Positions 9,339-17,862 of a DNA stretch of 46,624 nt are shown piece by piece (position 1 is the stretch's first letter; the number at the start of each line of letters is the position of its first letter). The position numbers and the translations under genes were made by a program. Source of the stretch: an uncultured Chloracidobacterium sp. (lineage in GTDB: Bacteria; Acidobacteriota; Blastocatellia; Pyrinomonadales; Pyrinomonadaceae); assembly GCA_964643745.1 (NCBI GenBank), contig CAZXTS010000001.1, forward strand, positions 1 through 46,624, given 5' to 3'. A model generated the notes under the pieces. The model saw only the letters and a list, made by a program, of their open reading frames with translations. It did not search any database and was not told where the DNA came from.

Positions 9339-11789
9339 CTATTGGATTTCCACGCTCGGCGGCACAAGTTCCAATGCTCTTAATTCACCGACTATTTTCC
9401 CTTTTGGTTTTGCATCGGGAAGGTAGGTGATTATCGCTTTTATGTCCGACAAATTTGTCCCACAGGTTATTTGAGGATTAACATCCCTGACAAAAAGAGC
9501 TAATTTAAGATCTTCCGGCTTTTCCGGCATCCGGAGCCGTAACTGTACTTTGTTGAAAGTGACCACAGCCGTTCGAGCCTTGTTTGTACATTCGATCCTG
9601 TCGAGTGCACCTGTGCCTCTGAGTTCTCCGGTTTGCGGCTGTCTTAATTGTGAGATTATCTGATCGATAATCGACTGACGCTGCTGTATCTCATGAAACT
9701 CACGCTGCTTGGCGATCATTTCCTCCATTTCAGCCTTTATCTTATCTTCATTTACGTTCAGATCGGTCGGCGGACCTCCGACGACGATCGGTTCAGGCTT
9801 GTTCAGTTCGGCCTTCGACATCAAACGAAAGTTCTCGGGGACAAAACTTACTGCGCTGATTACGCCGGCGACCCTTTGTCGCTGATCCGAATGCTCACGA
9901 TAATTTATGACCACCGTCTCAGCCCCGATGTTGGCACCGCAGCCAACCTCGAGATTTCTGGTTCCCTGATGTAAAATTTGCATACTGACCGATTCGAAAT
10001 CTTTACTCGACAAGATCAGCGAACCGGACTCAGCCTCTACTTCGAATCGAACGCTTCCGCCCGAACAATTTATTCTTTTTATCTTTCCAATGATCTGCGT
10101 TTCGCCCTGCGCGGGTTTCTCGATCAAATGATTCAAATTGCGCAACTCTCTTTCCTTTTCCAATCGCTCAGCTTCTTCGGGTGAGATCGATTCGCGGTTC
10201 ACAAAGGTTCGCCGTTTCAGCCCCAAACCCTCAAATTCGGCTCGTTGTTCTTCGTTCACCTGCTTTAGCGATTCCATCTGTGCGATCGTTGAAAGTAACT
10301 GATCTGCATTAGATTTCAACTCTTGTTTCGAGGCATTCTTTGAGAGACTTTCCGCGATGCGCCGGGCCTGATCAATCTTATTCTGGCGGAGATAGATGCG
10401 TGCCATTTGAATTGCATAATATTGGTTGCCGGGTTGAACCTTCAAAGCTTGCTGAAGAAACCCGATCGCCTCGTCAAGGTCACTGCCGCTTACCAGGCTC
10501 ACAAATGCCAGGAGATTGTAGTTTTCCGCAAAGTCCGGTTTCAATTTTATTGAAGTTCGAAGAGCCGCCTGCATTCTTCTTCTATCATCCTCGGAATATT
10601 CGCGTACGTACCCAAATTCATCCATGCTTTCGCGGCTTAAAACATAGGCAAAATTGTAAAGTGTGTAATAGTTTGGCGTTTTCGATGCAGCAGCACTTTC
10701 AAGCAATCTTCTTGCATCTTCGAACTTGCGCTGCCGCATCTTGACAAGTCCAAGGGAGGTCATGGCATCAAAGGAACGAGGATCTAATTCAAGACCCTTG
10801 TTCAAATACGCCTCTGCAGCAGTATAGTCGTGGCTATGGTAAAGAAGATCACCCAAATAGGTATTCGCCTCGGCCTCGGAAAGTGGGACTACCTGCATTT
10901 CCGAATCAAACACAAGCTTTTTCCCCAGATCATAACCGGCCATAGCCATAGTTCTCTGGTTTAAGTATTTTTGAAGGGCGGCTTCAAGGGTTTCATGATC
11001 TACATTGAACGCCTGCCGGAAAGCCTCGGCTTCTTCGACATCTCGCCTTCTTAGATTGATGAATGCGTTCAAGCGATCTTTATAAGCACCGTTTTCTGAA
11101 TGCATCAAAAAGTGCATGAACAGCCACGCTTGGGCATAAAAAACGCTTCGTGTCCGGCCTCCCGTTCCGTGAAGGGAATAATTATCTACGTTCAAGAAAT
11201 CGCGAAACGGCATCAGTTTATTGGTTCGGAGAAGTTCGATGTGATCAAGCCGAAGTTCGCCCAGATACACCTTCTGGTCATCAACTATTTTGAATGTTTG
11301 ATAATATCCGGCGATGCCCTCGTTGAACCATGCAGGCAGTTCGGCACGCCCGAGATTTGCATCCATCAGATAGTGGATATATTCGTGGAAAATTGTTCCA
11401 TACGTATCTTCTTTCGAATATTCGGTTGAAAGCGTTATGTAGTTCCTTGCCTCGCCGGGTTGAAAATAGCCCGCTATGCCTTCGTCCGGCTTACCATCCG
11501 GCCTTTTTGGCCTAAACGGTCGATATGACGATGCATTCCGGAACACCACAACATTTGTATCGACCGAACTATTGTGGTTCATGTTCCGAAAGAGCATTCG
11601 AAAGGCTTCACGAAACTGTTCAAGCTGCTTTGCCACATCGCGCAGATCTTTCTCTGTCGCATCACCGATAATGTTGAAATTTTTCGATTTTACGTTGACC
11701 CAACGGTTCTTTCCAGACAATTGTGCCGCGGCCGAACTAAAGAGAAATGCACATAGGAAAAGGAGAATAATAATGCGAAATTTCATCAA
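9339..11789 (-). CDS. Secreted multidomain protein: peptidase-MA/DUF1570-like domain, TPR repeats, coiled coil and two related C-terminal Cys-containing domains
   Basis: Signal peptide present. Gluzincin-like 'FHEYIHYLM' (HExxH) plus downstream 'WFNEGIAGYY'. There are multiple TPR-like repeats (aa ~300-480), a charged coiled coil, and a duplicated C-terminal module. Confidence 0.65.
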   Translation of the reverse strand: MMKFRIIILLFLCAFLFSSAAAQLSGKNRWVNVKSKNFNIIGDATEKDLRDVAKQLEQFREAFRMLFRNMNHNSSVDTNVVVFRNASSYRPFRPKRPDGKPDEGIAGYFQPGEARNYITLSTEYSKEDTYGTIFHEYIHYLMDANLGRAELPAWFNEGIAGYYQTFKIVDDQKVYLGELRLDHIELLRTNKLMPFRDFLNVDNYSLHGTGGRTRSVFYAQAWLFMHFLMHSENGAYKDRLNAFINLRRRDVEEAEAFRQAFNVDHETLEAALQKYLNQRTMAMAGYDLGKKLVFDSEMQVVPLSEAEANTYLGDLLYHSHDYTAAEAYLNKGLELDPRSFDAMTSLGLVKMRQRKFEDARRLLESAAASKTPNYYTLYNFAYVLSRESMDEFGYVREYSEDDRRRMQAALRTSIKLKPDFAENYNLLAFVSLVSGSDLDEAIGFLQQALKVQPGNQYYAIQMARIYLRQNKIDQARRIAESLSKNASKQELKSNADQLLSTIAQMESLKQVNEEQRAEFEGLGLKRRTFVNRESISPEEAERLEKERELRNLNHLIEKPAQGETQIIGKIKRINCSGGSVRFEVEAESGSLILSSKDFESVSMQILHQGTRNLEVGCGANIGAETVVINYREHSDQRQRVAGVISAVSFVPENFRLMSKAELNKPEPIVVGGPPTDLNVNEDKIKAEMEEMIAKQREFHEIQQRQSIIDQIISQLRQPQTGELRGTGALDRIECTNKARTAVVTFNKVQLRLRMPEKPEDLKLALFVRDVNPQITCGTNLSDIKAIITYLPDAKPKGKIVGELRALELVPPSVEIQ

Positions 11790-11869
11790 ATGGGTTCCTC
11801 GGTGATCTTCAGAAAGTTTAGAGGATTTTGAGCAGCGGGGTCAATGATCTTTGAACCGGCCGCGAAGAG

Positions 11870-12733
11870 CTACGCCCTCCCGATCACTGAAAGCAGCCGG
11901 CCTGTTTTGCCAAGTTTTTTCTTTTCAACACGATAGGAGAAAAAAAGATCCGTTCGCTCAATAGTGCAGAAAGGTGAGGTGAAAACGTTCTCAGGCCTTA
12001 ATCCGCAACCGATCAACTGATCTTTGTTTGCAAGGTGTAGATCAACAAAAGCATGTCCCTCGCGCGTAGGCCGAAAGTATTTTTCACTTCCAGAAAATGC
12101 GGCCGAAAACTCCTCGATCACATCCTGCCCGACCTCATAATTACGTCCGCATGCACCCGGTCCGATCGCGGCGATCATATTTGTCGGATCAGCACCGAAT
12201 TCTATCCGCATCGCCGAAACTGCCTTGGCAGCGATCGAGCGAACCGTTCCACGCCATCCGGCATGAACCGCGGCGAAGGAACCGGTAAGCGGATCGGCGA
12301 TAAGAACCGGAATACAATCGGCCGTCTTTACACCGGCAAGGACACCGGGCAAAAGTGAGATCACGCCATCGAACTTTGCATCTGTCTCAGCAATATCAGC
12401 ATCATCTTTGACGACCTTTATATCGTCTCCATGAGCCTGCCAAACGGTCGCCAGTTGATGATCGGAATTTAAGGCATTTAGAAAACGTCGCCGGTTTTCA
12501 TGGATGTTGTCCGCACTGTCTTCGCTAAAACCGGCAAGATTAAGCGAATTTTCCGGAAAATCCGAAACCCCGCCAACGCGTGTCGAAAAACCATTTATAA
12601 ATCCATTTTCTTCCAGCGGGCGGCAGACAAGGACCTTAACGCCATCGCGTTCTCGCCAATAGAAGCCCGAATCTGATAAAGTTTCGTCGGAATTACCACT
12701 ATCCGAAATGATCGTTTCCACAGGCATCGACAT
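11870..12733 (-). CDS. pgeF: Peptidoglycan editing factor PgeF / YfiH (laccase-domain, DUF152) protein
   Basis: Conserved 'GGVS...SLNL', 'QAHG', 'TADCIPVL' and 'HAGWRG' motifs of the YfiH family. The exact start is uncertain because the ORF overlaps the acpS 5' end. Confidence 0.85.
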   Translation of the reverse strand: MSMPVETIISDSGNSDETLSDSGFYWRERDGVKVLVCRPLEENGFINGFSTRVGGVSDFPENSLNLAGFSEDSADNIHENRRRFLNALNSDHQLATVWQAHGDDIKVVKDDADIAETDAKFDGVISLLPGVLAGVKTADCIPVLIADPLTGSFAAVHAGWRGTVRSIAAKAVSAMRIEFGADPTNMIAAIGPGACGRNYEVGQDVIEEFSAAFSGSEKYFRPTREGHAFVDLHLANKDQLIGCGLRPENVFTSPFCTIERTDLFFSYRVEKKKLGKTGRLLSVIGRA

Positions 12734-13085
12734 TGTTGAAGTTTATCGCATTGCTGAAACCATAGCGAGAACTCCACGCTTTCGCGAACGCGTTTTCACA
12801 TCGGCCGAACGCGAATATTGCGATGCGAAAGGCGCCGCCGCGGCGCAAAGCTATGCGGGAAGATTCGCTGCAAAAGAAGCATTCCTGAAAGCACTGAAAA
12901 CCGGCTGGCGCGGAAAGATAACGTGGCACGATATTGAGGTTGAAAATGACGCGGACGGCGTGCCCTCACTGAATATCTCCGGCGAAGCGGGCTCGCTTCT
13001 AACTGAGCTCAAGGTCACGAGTGTTCATCTTTCGATCTCTCACACGGCGGAACACGCGGTCGCGAATGTGATCTTTGAAAATTAG
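12708..13085 (+). CDS. acpS: Holo-[acyl-carrier-protein] synthase
   Basis: 125 aa with 'GIDIVEVYRI', 'FAAKEAFLKAL' and 'SISHT', typical of AcpS. Confidence 0.9.
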   Translation: MIVSTGIDIVEVYRIAETIARTPRFRERVFTSAEREYCDAKGAAAAQSYAGRFAAKEAFLKALKTGWRGKITWHDIEVENDADGVPSLNISGEAGSLLTELKVTSVHLSISHTAEHAVANVIFEN

Positions 13086-13145
13086 GGCTGGCAACCGGAA
13101 ATTAGTATCAATGTTTAGTATCGAGCCAATAGACGCGATCTCAGA

Positions 13146-14195
13146 CTAAACGTCTTGGCGGCTCGTTCCTTCGATCTCAAGGATCAAGTCAGCGCCGTAT
13201 GCTTTTGCGGGTGTTTGAAACCCGGGCGTGAAATTTCCGGCAAGTATCTTTTCTGTGATATTGAGCGCCGCGAGAGCGGTCGTGGTATAGCCTTCGGGAC
13301 ACTGCAAACGCGATTCGACAAGGTTGCCCTCATCGTCGCTGGCCTCGCCCCAGAGCAGTGTTTTGCCTTTTGCTCGTTCGGCATCGCTTGGACCGCCGGG
13401 CGGTATTTTCGATTGTAGATATTTTTGTGCAGGCCGTGTTGCGAGCAGCCAGCCGAGGTATCGGCTTAGCTTCATCGCTTTTAGAGCTGATGGCGGGGCA
13501 ACCGTGTAAACCTCGATGTTCGGGATGCCGGTCGAGTAAAAGGCGGTCGAGACATCGCCCCACGGGATCGTCACGCCCGTTTTGACCTCGCCGCCGCCGA
13601 AATCTATCTTACGGGTTCGCCAAGCTGCCGGCACGGGCGTGATCTTGCCATCGCGGCGGACGGCGCCGCCCTTGTCGACGTTCATCGTCATCGTCGCCTG
13701 CGTGCCGTGTGATATGCGGCCCTTTCCGTAGAACGCCAGCATCAGATCGGTCGTCGTCGGCAGGCGGTCTTTGAGGTGACGAGCCAGGCAATCGCTCGGC
13801 ACGACATCAAACCCGACGCCCGGCATCACCATTATCCCGGCATCCTTTGCTTTTTTATCGACAGCCGCACATGCCTCAAAAACGGCGATCTCGCCGGTGA
13901 TGTCCGTGTAATGCGTCTTTGTCCTCAAGCACGCCTCGCCCATCTGCCGCGAGGTCAGCGAAAACGGGCCGGCACAATGAAGCACCATTTCGACCTCGTT
14001 CAAAGCCGCATCAAGCTTCGCCGCTTCATCTAGCGAAAATACGCGATGTTCCAACCCATGCTTTTCGCCGAGAGCCCTGATCGCCGCCTCGTTACGCCCG
14101 GCAATTATCGGCCGCAGCCCACGCTCGACCGCAAACCGCGTGATCAGCTCACCCGTATAACCATTCGCTCCGTAGATGAGAAAGTTGTTGGTCAT
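13146..14195 (-). CDS. Saccharopine dehydrogenase-like NAD(P)-binding oxidoreductase
   Basis: N-terminal Rossmann motif 'LIYGANGYTGELI'. Length and overall pattern match the Sacchrp_dh_NADP family. Very GC-rich (sampled lines 60-73%). Confidence 0.8.
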   Translation of the reverse strand: MTNNFLIYGANGYTGELITRFAVERGLRPIIAGRNEAAIRALGEKHGLEHRVFSLDEAAKLDAALNEVEMVLHCAGPFSLTSRQMGEACLRTKTHYTDITGEIAVFEACAAVDKKAKDAGIMVMPGVGFDVVPSDCLARHLKDRLPTTTDLMLAFYGKGRISHGTQATMTMNVDKGGAVRRDGKITPVPAAWRTRKIDFGGGEVKTGVTIPWGDVSTAFYSTGIPNIEVYTVAPPSALKAMKLSRYLGWLLATRPAQKYLQSKIPPGGPSDAERAKGKTLLWGEASDDEGNLVESRLQCPEGYTTTALAALNITEKILAGNFTPGFQTPAKAYGADLILEIEGTSRQDV

Positions 14196-14198
14196 TTG

Positions 14199-14963
14199 CT
14201 AATAGAAAGGGTTAACAGCCCTTCCGGACTTTAGGTCGAAGCTCTGCACTACTTTGATCCGAATATGAAATGAATCATCCTGACCAGTATCATATAGATA
14301 ATCAGTCATGTCGATCGCGTCCTTTAGACGCAGATCCTCAGGAAGTTCAATATATCCGAACCTTTCTTCGCGAACTAGTATACCCTCATGAGCCTTAGAT
14401 AGATCCAGGTACTGAACCTTCCAAGTATTCTCATCGCCCCAGATGCAGCCTGCGATGAAGCCAAACGGATAGTATAGAATCGGAGTCAGTGGACGGAATA
14501 AATCAACATCTTTGCACTCTTGACCCGTGACCCCGTTCACATACGTGTACTCCTCAGAAAATTCTCGCAGGTTATCATCGGAAGGGTTATTGATCCTTTT
14601 CACGGAGACCCTTTCCGCCGGAAACGATTTGTTATTCGTCCGATGTACATTCTCCTGATCGAGGTAGGTTGGTACAAAATATTCGACTGGACAGAAACCA
14701 AGGGCGTTTGGTTCTTCGCCGCCGATATCTTGACACGACGGAAGTTCCATTATTCTTGTTGCCGTATAGTCCGGCGAATACAACGCCAGATCCTTGCCAT
14801 TCAAATGGAACGGGAAAAATGTATTGAACGCAGTTCCATAGTTGCGGATATAAGATCCGAGCAGTTCATCATTACCGTTCTCCCGACGGAAAACTCCCAT
14901 CCGCCCAAAGGGCCCCATATCGAGGTTTGTTTCACTCTTGTTTAATGCTCTTGCATAGTACAT
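14199..14963 (-). CDS. Hypothetical protein (orphan, low GC)
   Basis: 254-aa ORF with no recognisable motif, signal peptide or TM. It is packed 3 nt and 8 nt from its same-strand neighbours. Four sampled 60-nt lines each give ~43% GC. Confidence 0.6.
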   Translation of the reverse strand: MYYARALNKSETNLDMGPFGRMGVFRRENGNDELLGSYIRNYGTAFNTFFPFHLNGKDLALYSPDYTATRIMELPSCQDIGGEEPNALGFCPVEYFVPTYLDQENVHRTNNKSFPAERVSVKRINNPSDDNLREFSEEYTYVNGVTGQECKDVDLFRPLTPILYYPFGFIAGCIWGDENTWKVQYLDLSKAHEGILVREERFGYIELPEDLRLKDAIDMTDYLYDTGQDDSFHIRIKVVQSFDLKSGRAVNPFY

Positions 14964-14971
14964 ACACTTCT

Positions 14972-15169
14972 CTAGCCTGCCAAAATTTCCTGAACACGCC
15001 CGACCTGTCCATCCTCGAGCCGAACCTTTATGCCGTGCGGATGGTTTGGCGAATTTGTGAGCAGGTCTTTGACGATTCCTTCGGTCAGCTTGCCGGTGCG
15101 TTGGTCTTGTTTGAGAACGACCGCGACCTTTAGGCCGGGGCGGATGTTATTTCGTTCGCGGTGCGGCAT
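14972..15169 (-). CDS. YwbE-family small protein
   Basis: 65 aa. 'IRPGLKVAVVLKQDQRTGKLTEGIVKDLLTNSPNHPHGIKVRLEDGQVGRVQ' is near-collinear with the B. subtilis YwbE family (TIGR03833). Confidence 0.8.
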   Translation of the reverse strand: MPHRERNNIRPGLKVAVVLKQDQRTGKLTEGIVKDLLTNSPNHPHGIKVRLEDGQVGRVQEILAG

Positions 15170-15171
15170 AT

Positions 15172-15855
15172 CTAAAAAAGTTCAAGGCCGAGAGCCTGGG
15201 TAGTTTTGAGTTTAGTCAAAAACTCGCGGCGGTCAATCTCAATTGCCCCGAGAGCCTTCATATGCGGGGTCATTACTTGTATATCCAGCCAGGTCGAGCC
15301 ACGCGAAGCGAGGTGATCGATGAGGAATAGAAGGGCGAGTTTTGAGGCGTTGGGCTTTTTGTAGAACATTGATTCGCCGCAGAAAACCCCGCCGGCATCT
15401 ACGCCGTAAACGCCGCCGACGAGGTTGCCGGCCTCGTCCCATGCCTCGACGCTGTGTGCCCCGCCGGCCTCGTGGAGCTCGGTGTAGCGCTCGATGAAGG
15501 CTGCGGTTATCCATGTGCCTTTTTGGCCCGGGCGGCGGACGAGAGCGCACTCTTCCATCACATGGCGAAAGTCCTCGTCGATGGTGAACCGCAGGCCCGA
15601 GCGGCGGCCGGCACGGGCGAGGCTCGCTGGGATATGCAGGTCGGCAAAGTCGAGAATCGCTCGCCGGGCCGGGCAGCACCAGGGCAGCGGTACGCCGTCC
15701 ATGTGCCACGGGAAGATGCCTTTCGCGTAAGCCTCTCGGAGACTCCGGACCGAAAGCTCAACGCCGAGCGCAACCACGTCCGGGCCGTAGTACATAAAAT
15801 GGCCGTACGGCACCCAATCGGGGAAATCATGCTCGCCTGGGTCGGGGAATTGCAC
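15172..15855 (-). CDS. aat: Leucyl/phenylalanyl-tRNA--protein transferase
   Basis: 'AYAKGIFPW', 'GGVYGV..GGVFCGESMF' and 'WLDIQ' are hallmark Aat motifs. The start codon is GTG. Confidence 0.9.
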   Translation of the reverse strand: MQFPDPGEHDFPDWVPYGHFMYYGPDVVALGVELSVRSLREAYAKGIFPWHMDGVPLPWCCPARRAILDFADLHIPASLARAGRRSGLRFTIDEDFRHVMEECALVRRPGQKGTWITAAFIERYTELHEAGGAHSVEAWDEAGNLVGGVYGVDAGGVFCGESMFYKKPNASKLALLFLIDHLASRGSTWLDIQVMTPHMKALGAIEIDRREFLTKLKTTQALGLELF

Positions 15856-15894
15856 GGTTAGATTCTAACCCATGGACCGAATGACAAGAGAAGA

Positions 15895-15953
15895 GGAGAA
15901 GAGGAGAAAAAGAGATGGGGCCGATCTGCCGGAGATGTCCGGTCGGCCCCATC
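15895..15953 (-). terminator. Rho-independent terminator of the MATE gene
   Basis: A perfect 11-bp stem GATGGGGCCGA/TCGGCCCCATC (15914-15924/15943-15953) has an inner CCGGA/TCCGG pairing. On the minus strand it is followed by the T/C-rich TCTTTTTCTCCTCTTCTCC. Confidence 0.6.
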
Positions 15954-16010
15954 AGTCCTATTGTGCGATCAATCCATCCTTTTCATCCTGCGCATCCTGT
16001 AAAAACCTCG

Positions 16011-17444
16011 CTAGACCACCTGCTGTTTCCACTTGCCGCGGCGGAAGAGCAGGGCGGAGACGATAGCAAGTGCCGAGAACGCGATCGTGATCGCCCAGTA
16101 AACGCCCTGCGGGCCCATTTCGAAATGGTAGGCGAGGACGTAGGCGAGCGGTATCTCGAACATCCAGAAGATGAAGAAGTTCAAATAGGTCGGCGTTACG
16201 GTGTCGCCGGCGCCGTTGAATGAACTTTCCATCACCATCCCGAGCCCGTAAAAGGCATAGCCATAGCCGACGATCCGCAGGCAGTCGGTGCCGTAGCGTA
16301 GTACTTCCGGCTCGGTCGTGAAGATGCTGATAACCGCTTCTGCAAAGAGCACAAAGCTGAGGCCGATCGTGCCGAGCAAGGCTGCGTTAATGCCGCCAGC
16401 GATCCAGACAGTTCGCTCGGCGCGTTCCGGTCTGCCGGCACCGAGGTTTTGCCCGACCAGCGTCGCGGCAGCATTCGCGATGCCGGCCGCGAGCAGGATA
16501 ATGAAGATGATGACCCGCAGGCCGATCTGGTAACCGGCGATGGCCATGCTTCCAAATCCGGCGATTATGACGACCAGGCCGCTCCAACTCGCGGTCGAGA
16601 TCAGGAACTGCAGGACCGCGACCGACGACAACCTGATCAGGCTCCAGAGCAACTTGGGGTCAAACTTCCAGTGATCGCGGCGGATCTCGATGCGGCCGCC
16701 GTTGTCGCGAAAGAAGAGAGCCCACGCCGCGTAAGCAACGCCGATGCCGCGGCCGATGACCGTCGCCACCGCCGCACCCGTCACCCCAAGTTCGGGGAAA
16801 AATGCGATGCCAAAAATAAACAGCGGGTCGAGTACGATGTTCAGGCCATTGGCGATGATCAAGACGCGCATCGCGATCGCCGCGTCGCCCGCTCCGCGAA
16901 ATATTGCGTTTAGCAAAAACAGGAAGACGATGACCGCGTTGGTCCCGAGCATGATCTGCATGAACGGCGTTCCGAGCTCGACAACCGCAGCTTCGGCTCG
17001 CAAAAGTCGCAGGATGTCCGCAGCAAATATGACGCCGAACACGCCCATCACGATCGACACAAAAACGCCAAGATAGATCATGTGGGCCGCGGCACGCGCA
17101 GCACCTTCGGGATCTTTTTCGCCGATGCGCCGCGCAACCGTTGCCGTCGCGCCGATGCTCAGGCCCACCGCGACCGCATAAACGAGCGCGAGTATCGACT
17201 CGGTAAATCCAACGACCGCCACCGCCTCGGCCCCGAGCTTGGCGACAAAGAACGTATCGACGATCGCAAAGACCGCTTCCATTCCCATTTCGAACGTCAT
17301 CGGGATCGCCAGGATGATCAACCCCGCGAGGATAGAGCCTTGCGTAAAATCGCGGTCGGTGCCCTTGATCGCTTCGCGCAGAACAGAACGAACTGAATTA
17401 TGCTCAACCGCCACAACGGACGCACTTTCATTATTGAAAGACAT
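16011..17444 (-). CDS. MATE-family multidrug/toxic-compound efflux transporter
   Basis: ~477 aa with 12 predicted TM helices and typical MATE N-terminal ('ILAIPMTFEMGMEAVFAIVDTFFVAKLG'). The start is set at the ATG at 17444 (MSFNNES) with AAGGG upstream. Confidence 0.85.
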   Translation of the reverse strand: MSFNNESASVVAVEHNSVRSVLREAIKGTDRDFTQGSILAGLIILAIPMTFEMGMEAVFAIVDTFFVAKLGAEAVAVVGFTESILALVYAVAVGLSIGATATVARRIGEKDPEGAARAAAHMIYLGVFVSIVMGVFGVIFAADILRLLRAEAAVVELGTPFMQIMLGTNAVIVFLFLLNAIFRGAGDAAIAMRVLIIANGLNIVLDPLFIFGIAFFPELGVTGAAVATVIGRGIGVAYAAWALFFRDNGGRIEIRRDHWKFDPKLLWSLIRLSSVAVLQFLISTASWSGLVVIIAGFGSMAIAGYQIGLRVIIFIILLAAGIANAAATLVGQNLGAGRPERAERTVWIAGGINAALLGTIGLSFVLFAEAVISIFTTEPEVLRYGTDCLRIVGYGYAFYGLGMVMESSFNGAGDTVTPTYLNFFIFWMFEIPLAYVLAYHFEMGPQGVYWAITIAFSALAIVSALLFRRGKWKQQVV

Positions 17445-17862
17445 ATAAACCCTTAAAATAATAGAAAAGAAAGGCACGCGATGTGCCGAAGGACCTCACC
17501 CAAGTGCCGTAGAGAGCGACTAAGCGAAGCAGGGATCAGCGAGTTTTCGAGGCAAGTATGTTACGCATGGTCTTATGAACCTACCACAATCTATCGAGCG
17601 AAAGAAGTTCTACGCAAGCGAACTTTCAAAAGTTCAGAAAAATTTCAGTTTAGGCATCGCCTACCTGATAAGAGACGCGAACTCGACCTGAGAGCGGACA
17701 CATCCACGCAGAGTCGCTTTTCGCCAAAAGGTCTCTGAGATATCATGATTACTAGAAAACCTTCTTACATTGATCGCGGAAATTACCCGCGAGAAATATC
17801 ATACAATTTCGGAAAATTCTTGCGGGCCTTTTTGCTTCGGCCCTCGCGCTGGCAAAAGTTCG

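Noticed and set aside
17560-17720. Fluoride (crcB) or guanidine-I (ykkC) riboswitch in the MATE leader. This was suggested by the fragments GGCGAUGCCUAAAC (minus strand) and GACCUGAGAGCGGACAC (plus strand).
   Set aside because: Only short fragments resemble the consensus cores. The required partner helices and pseudoknot segments (for example GCU.AUGA..CCU for crcB, or GGGA...CCCGGGAGA for ykkC) are absent. The ykkC-like fragment is also on the wrong strand for the MATE gene.
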